Origin: Candidatus Cloacimonadales bacterium
Lineage (GTDB): Bacteria > Cloacimonadota > Cloacimonadia > Cloacimonadales > JAFGVF01
Length of the DNA stretch: 64,000 nucleotides
Assembly (NCBI GenBank): GCA_963662585.1
Contig: OY759729.1
Coordinates: 2,624,001-2,688,000, forward strand
Direction: 5' to 3'
Each line of letters begins with the position of its first letter. Position 1 is the stretch's first letter. Shown here in pieces: positions 10,163-18,925 of this stretch. The notes under the pieces were generated by a model. That model had not been told where the DNA came from. It searched no databases and was given only the letters and a program-made list of their open reading frames with translations. Made by a program: the position numbers and the translations under genes.

Positions 10163-11225
10163 TCTTAACCACCCTGATCTTGTAATCGCAGTTTCAGGAT
10201 TAAAAACTGGCGATAATCCTCAACCAGGTGTTCCAATAATTCGCAGTATTCGTAATGCCGGTTTTAAAGGAAAGATAGTCGGACTTATTTATGATAATTT
10301 AGAATCAGGTATTTATTATCCTAATTTAGCTCAAGAAATTTATCAGATGCCTTATCCTTCAGAAGGAAAAGACGCAATTCTAAGCAGAATAGATTATATT
10401 CTTACCAAAACTAAGATTGATGTTCTTATCCCAACTCTAGATTCAGAAATCATTGGTTATATTAGATTAGAAAAAGAACTCAAAGCCAGAGGGATTAGAA
10501 CTTATTTACCAAGTGAAGATCAGTTAATTTTACGCGATAAAGCTAAAATTTTCAAAACATTCCCAGAGAAAGGGATTGCAGTTCCTAAAACAGAGTTCTT
10601 GGTAGATGCAGGTAAGATTTTTGATTTAGAAAAAGAAATTAAATTTCCTGTCTTCATTAAAGGAAATCTTTATGAAGCATACCAAGCGAATAATATTAAT
10701 GAAGCAATTTACTACTTTAATTTAATTAGGGACAAATGGGGATTACCTGTTTTAGCTCAAGAAAAAGTCGAAGGCGATGAGTTTAATGTATCCTTAGTCG
10801 GAGATGGTAAAGGTAATATTTTAGGAATGATTCCGCAAAGAAAGCTCATTATCACAGACAAGGGTAAAGGTTTTGGGGGCGTTGTTGTTAACAACAAAAA
10901 GCTTAATGAATTCACTAAAAATGTTATAGCTACCTTAAAGTGGCAAGGTCCTTGCGAATTGGAATTAATAAAAGATGATGAAGATAATTTCTTTTTAATA
11001 GAAATTAATCCCCGCTTCCCAGCTTGGATCAGATTAGCCGAAGGGGCAGGACAAAATCTTCCTGCTATGGTGGTTAAGTTAGCTTTAGGTGAAGAAGTAG
11101 AGGCTTTTACCAGCTATAAAGTCGGTACAATGTTTATCAGACATGCTGAAGATATTATTGCTGATATTAATGAAATGGGACAATTATCAGCTATGGGAGA
11201 ATTAATCAGAGGAGAAAAAAAATGA
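10152..11225 (+). CDS. ATP-grasp ligase (CarB-like single ATP-grasp domain)
   Basis: LIPTLDSE, DKAK, FPVFIKG, QEKVEGDE, IEINPRF motifs. Confidence 0.88.
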   Translation: MSINLNHPDLVIAVSGLKTGDNPQPGVPIIRSIRNAGFKGKIVGLIYDNLESGIYYPNLAQEIYQMPYPSEGKDAILSRIDYILTKTKIDVLIPTLDSEIIGYIRLEKELKARGIRTYLPSEDQLILRDKAKIFKTFPEKGIAVPKTEFLVDAGKIFDLEKEIKFPVFIKGNLYEAYQANNINEAIYYFNLIRDKWGLPVLAQEKVEGDEFNVSLVGDGKGNILGMIPQRKLIITDKGKGFGGVVVNNKKLNEFTKNVIATLKWQGPCELELIKDDEDNFFLIEINPRFPAWIRLAEGAGQNLPAMVVKLALGEEVEAFTSYKVGTMFIRHAEDIIADINEMGQLSAMGELIRGEKK

Positions 11226-12574
11226 GAAAAAAATACAATCCACCTAGGATATTGAGAAATCAAGCAGGACTCAGCAACAAAATTGCTTATAATAAAAATG
11301 CTATAAATTTTCAGGACAGAATAGAAGGGATACCTGTAAAGACTTTAACAGAGAAATATGGTTCTCCTCTTTTTGTTTATTCAGAAGCTAAAATTAGAGA
11401 TAGTTATAGAGAATTGAATTCCATTATTAAAAAATTCTACAGTAATAGTGAAGTATCTTGGTCTTACAAGACTAATTACTTGGGAGCGATTTGTTCTATC
11501 TTCCATCAAGAAGGTGCTAAGGCTGAAATTGTTAGTATAATGGAATATGAGATGGCAAAACACCTTGGTATTAAAGGTGAAGATATAATTTTTAACGGAC
11601 CAGGAAAGAGAAAAGATGACTTATTGAGAGTTGTTGAAGATGGTGTTGCAGTTCATATTGACCATTTTCAAGAGTTAATCATGATGGAAGAGGTTGCTGA
11701 AGAGTTGGGAATTAGACCAAAAGTTGCTATTAGAGTTAATATGGATACAGGAATCTATCCTCAATGGCAAAGATTTGGTTTTAATTATGATAACGGAGAA
11801 GCTTATAGAACTCTGCAGAGATTGATCCAAGGCAATAAGTTAGATTTAACAGGACTTCATGCTCATATTGGTACTTTTATGCTTGATGCTAATCCTTATT
11901 ATATCTCGGCATCAAAACTTTTAGAATTGGCTCAAAGAGTGAAAGATAATTTTGGAATTGTAGTAGATTACATAGATCTAGGTGGTGGATTTGCTTCTAA
12001 TAATACTCTGCATAATCAATACACACCAGGTGAATTTTCTTCTCCAAGCTTTGATCAATATGCTACTGCTATTGGAAAAGCCTTCAATGAATCTAAATTT
12101 GCTAAAGATGAAGAACCAAAGCTTATTCTTGAGACTGGTAGAGTGTTAGTTGATGAAGCAGGGACTCTCATAACTCAAGTTTTAGGTAAAAGAGATTTAC
12201 CAACAGGAGAAAGAGCTGTTGTTATCGATGCAGGTGTTAATATTTTATTCACTACCTGGTGGTATAATCTTAAAATACTTCCAGCTCAACCTGTATCAGG
12301 TACTTCCTTACCTACAATATTCTATGGCCCTTTATGTATGAATATTGATATTGTTAAACACTCAACTCCTTATCCTGATCTTAAAGTGGGCGACCAATTA
12401 ATAGTTTTCCCTGTAGGTGCATATAATGTAACTCAGTGGATGCAGTTTATTGAATATCGTCCTGGTGTATGCTTAATCTCTGAAACAGGTGATGTAAATT
12501 TAATCAGAGAAAGAGAAGGTTTAAGCGATATTAATACTAGAGAAAAAATACCGGAATACTTAAGGATTGTTTAG
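11222..12574 (+). CDS. PLP-dependent fold-III (DAP/Orn/Arg family) decarboxylase, atypical
   Basis: SYKTN (PLP Lys), FNGPGK, GLHAHIGT, DLGGG, ETGR, GPLCMNID, GAY motifs. Confidence 0.88.
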   Translation: MRKKYNPPRILRNQAGLSNKIAYNKNAINFQDRIEGIPVKTLTEKYGSPLFVYSEAKIRDSYRELNSIIKKFYSNSEVSWSYKTNYLGAICSIFHQEGAKAEIVSIMEYEMAKHLGIKGEDIIFNGPGKRKDDLLRVVEDGVAVHIDHFQELIMMEEVAEELGIRPKVAIRVNMDTGIYPQWQRFGFNYDNGEAYRTLQRLIQGNKLDLTGLHAHIGTFMLDANPYYISASKLLELAQRVKDNFGIVVDYIDLGGGFASNNTLHNQYTPGEFSSPSFDQYATAIGKAFNESKFAKDEEPKLILETGRVLVDEAGTLITQVLGKRDLPTGERAVVIDAGVNILFTTWWYNLKILPAQPVSGTSLPTIFYGPLCMNIDIVKHSTPYPDLKVGDQLIVFPVGAYNVTQWMQFIEYRPGVCLISETGDVNLIREREGLSDINTREKIPEYLRIV

Positions 12575-14745
12575 TGACTGCTATTCTTAATGCCACTAAA
12601 AATCTTGGGTACTCTTTAATAAATTCTTATTCCTCTATCCTTTTCAGTGAGAAAAGGATAGTAGGAATATTGATTTTACTAAGTACTTTAATTGAACCTT
12701 TAACCGGAATAACAGGAGCTTTGGGTGGCTTAGTTGCCATCTTTTTTGCCAGAATTTTAAATTTTGAAGATTGGACATCTAAAACAGGGATACTTGGTTT
12801 TAACAGTATGCTAGTGTGCCTTGGGGTAGGATTTTTCATGCCCAATGAGTTACTTTGGACATCAACTTACTGGCTAATACTCTTTGGTAGCTCCCTAATT
12901 ACCCTGCTCTTGTTCATTACACTGAATTATCTGACAACAACTTATCTTAACATGCCTTCAATGAGTATTTCCTTCTCTATTGTGGCTATCCTATTATCTT
13001 TTTTCATCATGAGAATCGGAGAAGTTACAGCAGTTCAAGATAGATTCAGTTTCTTTAGTAATGAAATGTTTGATACCAATCTTATTACCTACTATTTTCA
13101 AAGCTTGGGAAGTATTTTCTTCTCACCCTATATAATTTCAGGTATTCTAGTTGTTATAGCTCTTATTCTTACTTCTCGGATTGGCTTTTTATTAAGTCTG
13201 ATGGGTTTCGGAATAAGTTATTATCTTGTATCTATTTTCAATACAGATTATTTAGAAACCATTGGCTTATATCAAATCTCTTATACAGCCTTTAACTTGA
13301 TGCTTATAGCTATTAGTCTCGGTGGAGTTTTTTTAATTCCCTCCCTTACTTCCTATATCATAGCAGGTTTTGCTTGTGTTTTAGGTTTCATTATAACCTA
13401 TGCTTTTCAATTCTTGTTTGAGAATTATTTCGTAGCTCCTTATGCTTTTCCGATGAATATTACAGTGATAGTAATAGTAATTGCCTTGAGATTACGACTT
13501 CAGGATAAGCATCCTAATATGGCTAATTTTGGGATATTTGTTCCGGAAGATAATCTAAAATACTACTATTCTAAGATGAGAAGATTCTATCAAGCTGATG
13601 GACTTCAATTCTACTTACCTTTTGTGGGAGAATGGATTATTACTCAAGGTAATCAAGGCGATATCACTCATAAACTCCAATGGGCTTATGCTTGGGATTT
13701 TGAAATAGCTAATCGAGAAGGTCAGACTTACCGAGGTGACGGAACTCAAACTCAAGATTTTTACTGTTATGGAAAACCTGTATTAGCTTCTGCGAATGGC
13801 TGGGTAGTGAATTTTGTTGATGGGATTGAAGATAATCCTATTGGTCAGATAAACACTAGAGAAAACTGGGGTAATTTCGTAGTTATTAGTCATGGTTTTG
13901 GGATCTTTTCCATGTATTGCCATATCAAAAAAGGAACAATTAAAGTAAAGAATGGTGAATGGCTTGCTAAGGGTGATAAGCTCGGTCTAGTAGGGAATTC
14001 TGGAAGATCAGCTGTTCCTCATCTACATTTTAATGTGCAAAGAGGAGCAGAACCAGGAAGTCAAACTATCAAATCACAACTTCTTAACTATAAAATGAGA
14101 GATGAAAAATTATCATTCAAGGCCTTTGGAATACCAGGAAAAGGAGATATAGTTTCTGCCTTGATTCCTGTGAATTATCTTCAAGATTTACTTCATCTTA
14201 AAGTAGAGGATAGCTCAACCTTCAAAGTAAAATGCGGAGATAAAGAGTTCCTTGAAAAATGGATTGTGGAAGTAGATCTCTTTGGTAAATTCTTTATCAA
14301 ATCTGACAGAAAGTCTTCTTTAGAATTTTCTGTTTATGATGGTATTTTTAATGTATTAGATTTTCAAGGTAACTCCAAGAGTGCTCTCCAAGCTTTAGCT
14401 ATCTTGATGAGCAGACTTCCGCTTTACAAAGAAGAAGAAGGAATCGAATGGAGTGATTTACCTCCTTATTCTATAATGCTAAAACCTTTCTGGGAAAATA
14501 GCTTCATGTTGTTACAGTCCATAGCTAACATATCATTGTTAAAGAGCAAGTCATTTGCTAAAATGGAAAATGAAACAATAATTGTTGCTACTAACACAGA
14601 TTTGAGTATAATGGGTAAGCAAGTGAAATCCTATAGTGGTAAAGTAGAGATTAAAGATTTGATTGGCTTTACTAAAATGGAATTAAATCTGAATGATAAA
14701 GAAATTATGACAGTAGAGTTGGTAGAAGAAGAAATTGAGAATTGA
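12574..14745 (+). CDS. Urea-transporter-family membrane domain fused to M23 metallopeptidase and a C-terminal domain of unknown function
   Basis: About 10 hydrophobic segments with two UT-like repeats (SYSSILF..GILGFNSML; SLGSIFF..AFNLML..PYAFP); M23 motifs TH..WAYAWD, WGNFVVI, YCH, GNSGRSAVPHLHF. Confidence 0.82.
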   Translation: MTAILNATKNLGYSLINSYSSILFSEKRIVGILILLSTLIEPLTGITGALGGLVAIFFARILNFEDWTSKTGILGFNSMLVCLGVGFFMPNELLWTSTYWLILFGSSLITLLLFITLNYLTTTYLNMPSMSISFSIVAILLSFFIMRIGEVTAVQDRFSFFSNEMFDTNLITYYFQSLGSIFFSPYIISGILVVIALILTSRIGFLLSLMGFGISYYLVSIFNTDYLETIGLYQISYTAFNLMLIAISLGGVFLIPSLTSYIIAGFACVLGFIITYAFQFLFENYFVAPYAFPMNITVIVIVIALRLRLQDKHPNMANFGIFVPEDNLKYYYSKMRRFYQADGLQFYLPFVGEWIITQGNQGDITHKLQWAYAWDFEIANREGQTYRGDGTQTQDFYCYGKPVLASANGWVVNFVDGIEDNPIGQINTRENWGNFVVISHGFGIFSMYCHIKKGTIKVKNGEWLAKGDKLGLVGNSGRSAVPHLHFNVQRGAEPGSQTIKSQLLNYKMRDEKLSFKAFGIPGKGDIVSALIPVNYLQDLLHLKVEDSSTFKVKCGDKEFLEKWIVEVDLFGKFFIKSDRKSSLEFSVYDGIFNVLDFQGNSKSALQALAILMSRLPLYKEEEGIEWSDLPPYSIMLKPFWENSFMLLQSIANISLLKSKSFAKMENETIIVATNTDLSIMGKQVKSYSGKVEIKDLIGFTKMELNLNDKEIMTVELVEEEIEN

Positions 14746-14870
14746 TGACATAGAGAGATGGAGAGAAAAATTGACCCTGGGTAAAGAGTAGCTACCAAAA
14801 AATTACCCTGTCTTGTGAAGGCGAAGCATTAGGGTAGACTCAAAGGGTTTAATAGAAAAAATGAGGGAAA

Positions 14871-15479
14871 ATGAAAAAAATATTAATTATAATTATGTTA
14901 TTTGCTATTACAGCAGGATTATTGGCGACTACAAAAGTAGATGAATTAGTGGAGAAATCTTATGAGTATGAAAATAAGGGTGATTATCAGCAAGCCTTAA
15001 CAAATATGTTTGCTGTTACTCATTTAGCCCCTTCTGATGCCTACTATAATCTTAGAACTGGCTGGCTTTATTATGCTTTATATAACTATACAGATGCCTT
15101 GAAATACTACACCATTAGTTATAATATTGATCAGAACTTTGAATCTCTAGAAGGAATTGTCGTAAGTAATTATATGATAGGCAACTGGGATAATACCATA
15201 GAATATGGGAAAAAAGTCTTAGCAATAACTCCCAAGAACTTTCTTAATCTGGCAAAAATAGCTTATAGTTATTATGCTAAAGAAGATTGGGTAAATGCTT
15301 CTCTCTATTACGGAAAAGCATGTGAAATATATAGTTATAATATCTCTTGTTTAGCTTATTACCTAAGTTCACTCGTTAATAATAATCAGCTCAAAGAAGC
15401 AAAATTAGTCTTTCAAAAACTTAAGAAGTTAAACCCAAGTAATGAATTTATAAAGCTATATGAGAATCAGTTTAAATAG
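14871..15479 (+). CDS. Exported TPR protein
   Basis: Signal peptide MKKILIIIMLFAITAGLLA followed by several TPR-like helical repeats. Confidence 0.82.
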   Translation: MKKILIIIMLFAITAGLLATTKVDELVEKSYEYENKGDYQQALTNMFAVTHLAPSDAYYNLRTGWLYYALYNYTDALKYYTISYNIDQNFESLEGIVVSNYMIGNWDNTIEYGKKVLAITPKNFLNLAKIAYSYYAKEDWVNASLYYGKACEIYSYNISCLAYYLSSLVNNNQLKEAKLVFQKLKKLNPSNEFIKLYENQFK

Positions 15480-16650
15480 ATTCTTAGCAATATTAACTTT
15501 AATCTTTTTTACTTCTCTATTCTCTTCAACAGTAGAAGAGGCTAAACGAAACTTAGATTTGGGCTACTTCGTCATTTCGGAATATCTTTATAATGATTTA
15601 GTAGAGGCTGGGCAGGTAGATGAAGAAGTTTTAGTTGGCTTATCGCTAAGTTTAATAAATCAAGGCAAATACCAAGAGATGATAGCTTTGTCTAAGGGGT
15701 ATACTTGTAATAGTGCTATTTATCAGCGTAATATTGCTTATGCTTATTTCGTAACTGGTGAATATCAAAGAAGTTATTTCTATTATAATAAAGCTGTTAG
15801 AGAAGATGAATCTTCTCTTCTTGATATTTCTGGACGGGGCTGGTCTGCCTATTATTTAGGTAAGTTCTCTCTTGCTCACGATGATTTTAAAGTAATAAAT
15901 AATTCAGAATATAAAAATTCTATTTATGATGGAAGTAATAGTTTAAAGCAATATTGGAAGAATAACTATAGTGGAGTATATGTAATTTACAGTGAAGAGA
16001 AAACTAATCTTAACTTTAACTATAGTCTCCATTTCTATAATTTTAGTATGGGAATAAATTATAATCAAAATAGAACTGATGAAAGCAATAGAGAAATGAT
16101 AACCCTTAGTTCCAGTTTTAAATCTGGAAAATTCTCATTAGATTTTTCTTCAATGAATGCTAAGGGAGATTATAAGAAGCTGTATGATGGATATGGTCTG
16201 GCTATAAAGGTAAACTATCTTATGATGCCTAAATATTTTCAAAGTAATATTTCTTTCCTTGGGGGATATAGCTATTTTGAATCGGTATCCTCGCAACAAG
16301 GCAGACTAGATGTAGGATTTAATACACAGAGATTTGGTATGAGTTCTGGACTTAGTTATCTTTATTTAGACTATATTACTCCTGATTATGACCAAGAAGA
16401 AATTCTCTATCATGGATCAATCTATTATAAAATAATTCCTGCTTTAACTATTGATTATAAAATAAACTTGGGGAGAGGTCATTTTGCTTATAATGAATAT
16501 TTAATCCCCTATGATGATTATGCAATTGAGAATTTATGGCATAGTGTAGGAGTTACTGGTAGAATCAAGAATATATCTCTGTATCTTAATTATATGAATC
16601 AAGATTTAGAAGTTGATAATATGGGAGCAGGAGTTGCTTATGTTTTTTAG
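15460..16650 (+). CDS. Exported protein with N-terminal TPRs and a probable C-terminal outer-membrane beta-barrel
   Basis: Signal peptide, TPRs (AYAYF..GEY, GWSAYYLG), alternating aromatic-rich strands, C-terminal GVAYVF. Confidence 0.7.
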   Translation: MRISLNRFLAILTLIFFTSLFSSTVEEAKRNLDLGYFVISEYLYNDLVEAGQVDEEVLVGLSLSLINQGKYQEMIALSKGYTCNSAIYQRNIAYAYFVTGEYQRSYFYYNKAVREDESSLLDISGRGWSAYYLGKFSLAHDDFKVINNSEYKNSIYDGSNSLKQYWKNNYSGVYVIYSEEKTNLNFNYSLHFYNFSMGINYNQNRTDESNREMITLSSSFKSGKFSLDFSSMNAKGDYKKLYDGYGLAIKVNYLMMPKYFQSNISFLGGYSYFESVSSQQGRLDVGFNTQRFGMSSGLSYLYLDYITPDYDQEEILYHGSIYYKIIPALTIDYKINLGRGHFAYNEYLIPYDDYAIENLWHSVGVTGRIKNISLYLNYMNQDLEVDNMGAGVAYVF

Positions 16651-17551
16651 ATTCATAATTATGTCTCTTCTTCTACTGAGTATTTTTGGCTGTAATTTGC
16701 GTGAAGATAATACCTTACCTTCTGGCCTTTCTCCCTTTGAACTAATTGATGATGCTATCTATATAACTGGAGAGGGCTTATATGCAACTTCTAAAGATAA
16801 CACGAATATCTTGGTAAGTCAAGAAGAAAGTAGTGGTTTTGAATTTGTTACCGAATCCTATAATTTCACCCCAAGTTCTCAAAGCTACTATATTAGTGTA
16901 GTTGATGATAATGAAGAAATAATTGAAGTGGAAGATTTCTTCCCTCTTCTTGCATTACCCACTGAAGAATTTACATATCTTGGTTTTAAGTATCAAGGTG
17001 ATTATGAAAGATTTTATCCTTACCCTAAATCAGCTTCGATTAATGGATATGGGGCTTATTATGAAAGAGACTTCTCTTATTTCTTGTTAACTGATAATGG
17101 CTTTTATCAGACTGTGAGTGAATCTGTTTCACATTCTACTGTTACAGTTGAAATTAATCCTACTGAAACAACAGATGCTAATGTCTCACTCTATCAAGCT
17201 CAATTTGTTATTCCTAGAAAGCTAATCCCAATGGGAGTTCAACGAATAAGCCTAGAAAAAGTAGAGTCTGATAATCTTACTGAGTATAACTTATCCCTTT
17301 TAAATTTACCTGTAATGTTTAATATTATTCAAAACAACCCAGAAGCTGAGAGGAATCCTATTCTCTATCTTCCAGTTCCTCCCGATACAGATATATCTAA
17401 TATTCTTGTGAAACAAATTCTTCCTGATCACAGAGAAGTTGTTTTAAACTACAGTGAAGAAGTTGATTCTTATAACCAATACACTTACTATGGAAATACA
17501 ATAATTATCCCTGTCAATAATCAAGGGAAATTTATTATAAACGAACAATAA
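16640..17551 (+). CDS. Hypothetical lipoprotein
   Basis: Likely start at 16640 (MFFRFIIMSLLLLSIFGC, lipobox); acidic beta-rich body. Confidence 0.72.
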   Translation: MFFRFIIMSLLLLSIFGCNLREDNTLPSGLSPFELIDDAIYITGEGLYATSKDNTNILVSQEESSGFEFVTESYNFTPSSQSYYISVVDDNEEIIEVEDFFPLLALPTEEFTYLGFKYQGDYERFYPYPKSASINGYGAYYERDFSYFLLTDNGFYQTVSESVSHSTVTVEINPTETTDANVSLYQAQFVIPRKLIPMGVQRISLEKVESDNLTEYNLSLLNLPVMFNIIQNNPEAERNPILYLPVPPDTDISNILVKQILPDHREVVLNYSEEVDSYNQYTYYGNTIIIPVNNQGKFIINEQ

Positions 17552-17565
17552 TTTGGAGAAAATAT

Positions 17566-18741
17566 ATGAAAAGAAGTTTATTAATTATTATTTGCCTGTC
17601 TCTTTCTATTTTTGCCTGGGGTACAAACTTCCCGACAAAGCCGACAAAAAAACAAAAAGACTTGAGAATTGAAGAACAATTATCCAGCTATCTTTATAGC
17701 TTAGCAGATACTTTAACCTATGAATTACAAGATAAATACCACGCTGACTATTCTTATACAGGAACTAAAATAGAGTCAGTCTTAGTAAAAGAACTAATTG
17801 ATAATAATTGGTCAGAAATAGAAAATTATCAGTATCAATATGATGAAGATAGAATTACTGAAGAAGTATATCAAATTTATGACAACGGCTGGCTAAATTA
17901 TCAGAGAGAGAGTTATACATATAATGAAGATAATTTACTTATTACCTATCAACAAGATAACTGGCTTAATAATGCCTGGGAAGCTTATCTTCTTATTGAC
18001 TATATCTATGATGCTGAAGGGGTATTAATCAACGAAGAATGGACTTATTATACCACTTCCCGAGAAATAGATACTGCTTATGATGTTACTTATCAGTATG
18101 ACCAAGAAGGAATGGTAGAAGGGGAAACTTGGACTTACTCAATAGATAATATCAATTGGATCAACTACTTGAAAGGTATCTACCAACGCAATGATGATTA
18201 TGTAATCGTGCATGAAGATTGGCAATATTGGAGTGATAATGTTTGGATTAGTTATCTTCAATATACCCATACCTATAACGACTTTCTCTTAATAGGATAT
18301 ACAGAAGGATTAACTTTCCTCGATAACCAATGGCAATATTATGATAACTATTCTTATACTTATAATACGAATCAAAATACTGTCGATATAATTGGGAAAT
18401 TATGGTCTACTGATGCTAATAACTGGGTTAACTCCTATAAATACCACTATGAGTATCAAGAAGTTATCACTAGTAATCAAAATGTCGAAATAGCTAATGA
18501 CTTGAATGTCTCCGTTTTTCCTAATCCAATTATAAATGAAATTAAATTTGCTTCCAAAAATCAGCTGAAAAAAGTTTCTGTGTATAATCTAAAAGGTCAG
18601 AGAATATACTCTTCGTTTCTCAATGATAAGCAAGGTACACTTCTTAATCTAAATAATTATCCAAATGGTATCTACTTCTTTAAATTTGAAGATGATAAGG
18701 GAAATGTAGCTGTTACTAAGAAATTAAAAATTAAGAATTGA
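17566..18741 (+). CDS. Secreted Trp/Tyr-repeat protein with T9SS-type C-terminal domain
   Basis: Signal peptide; repeats W.NY....Y.Y; C-terminal VFPNP...VYNLKGQ...NGIYFFK. Confidence 0.8.
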   Translation: MKRSLLIIICLSLSIFAWGTNFPTKPTKKQKDLRIEEQLSSYLYSLADTLTYELQDKYHADYSYTGTKIESVLVKELIDNNWSEIENYQYQYDEDRITEEVYQIYDNGWLNYQRESYTYNEDNLLITYQQDNWLNNAWEAYLLIDYIYDAEGVLINEEWTYYTTSREIDTAYDVTYQYDQEGMVEGETWTYSIDNINWINYLKGIYQRNDDYVIVHEDWQYWSDNVWISYLQYTHTYNDFLLIGYTEGLTFLDNQWQYYDNYSYTYNTNQNTVDIIGKLWSTDANNWVNSYKYHYEYQEVITSNQNVEIANDLNVSVFPNPIINEIKFASKNQLKKVSVYNLKGQRIYSSFLNDKQGTLLNLNNYPNGIYFFKFEDDKGNVAVTKKLKIKN

Positions 18742-18925
18742 GCTACAGGGCAGGCCTTCATTCCTGAAGGCAATACTTTTCACATGGATTCATACTAATT
18801 GAAACAAATTAGCACGAATTTAAAAATGACCTAATACAGTGTTTTAATAATAAGAGCTAGACTTCAATTGTAGTTTATGGTATAAAAATAGCTTAATATA
18901 TACTTCTTTAAAATAAATATAATAA

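Noticed and set aside
11222..12574. Housekeeping lysA
   Set aside because: C-M instead of C-E at the specificity position, an N-terminal extension, and non-lysine operon context.
14773..14849. SRP RNA, 6S RNA or a known riboswitch
   Set aside because: Lacks the SRP domain IV motif, is too short for 6S, and matches no riboswitch consensus I recognise.
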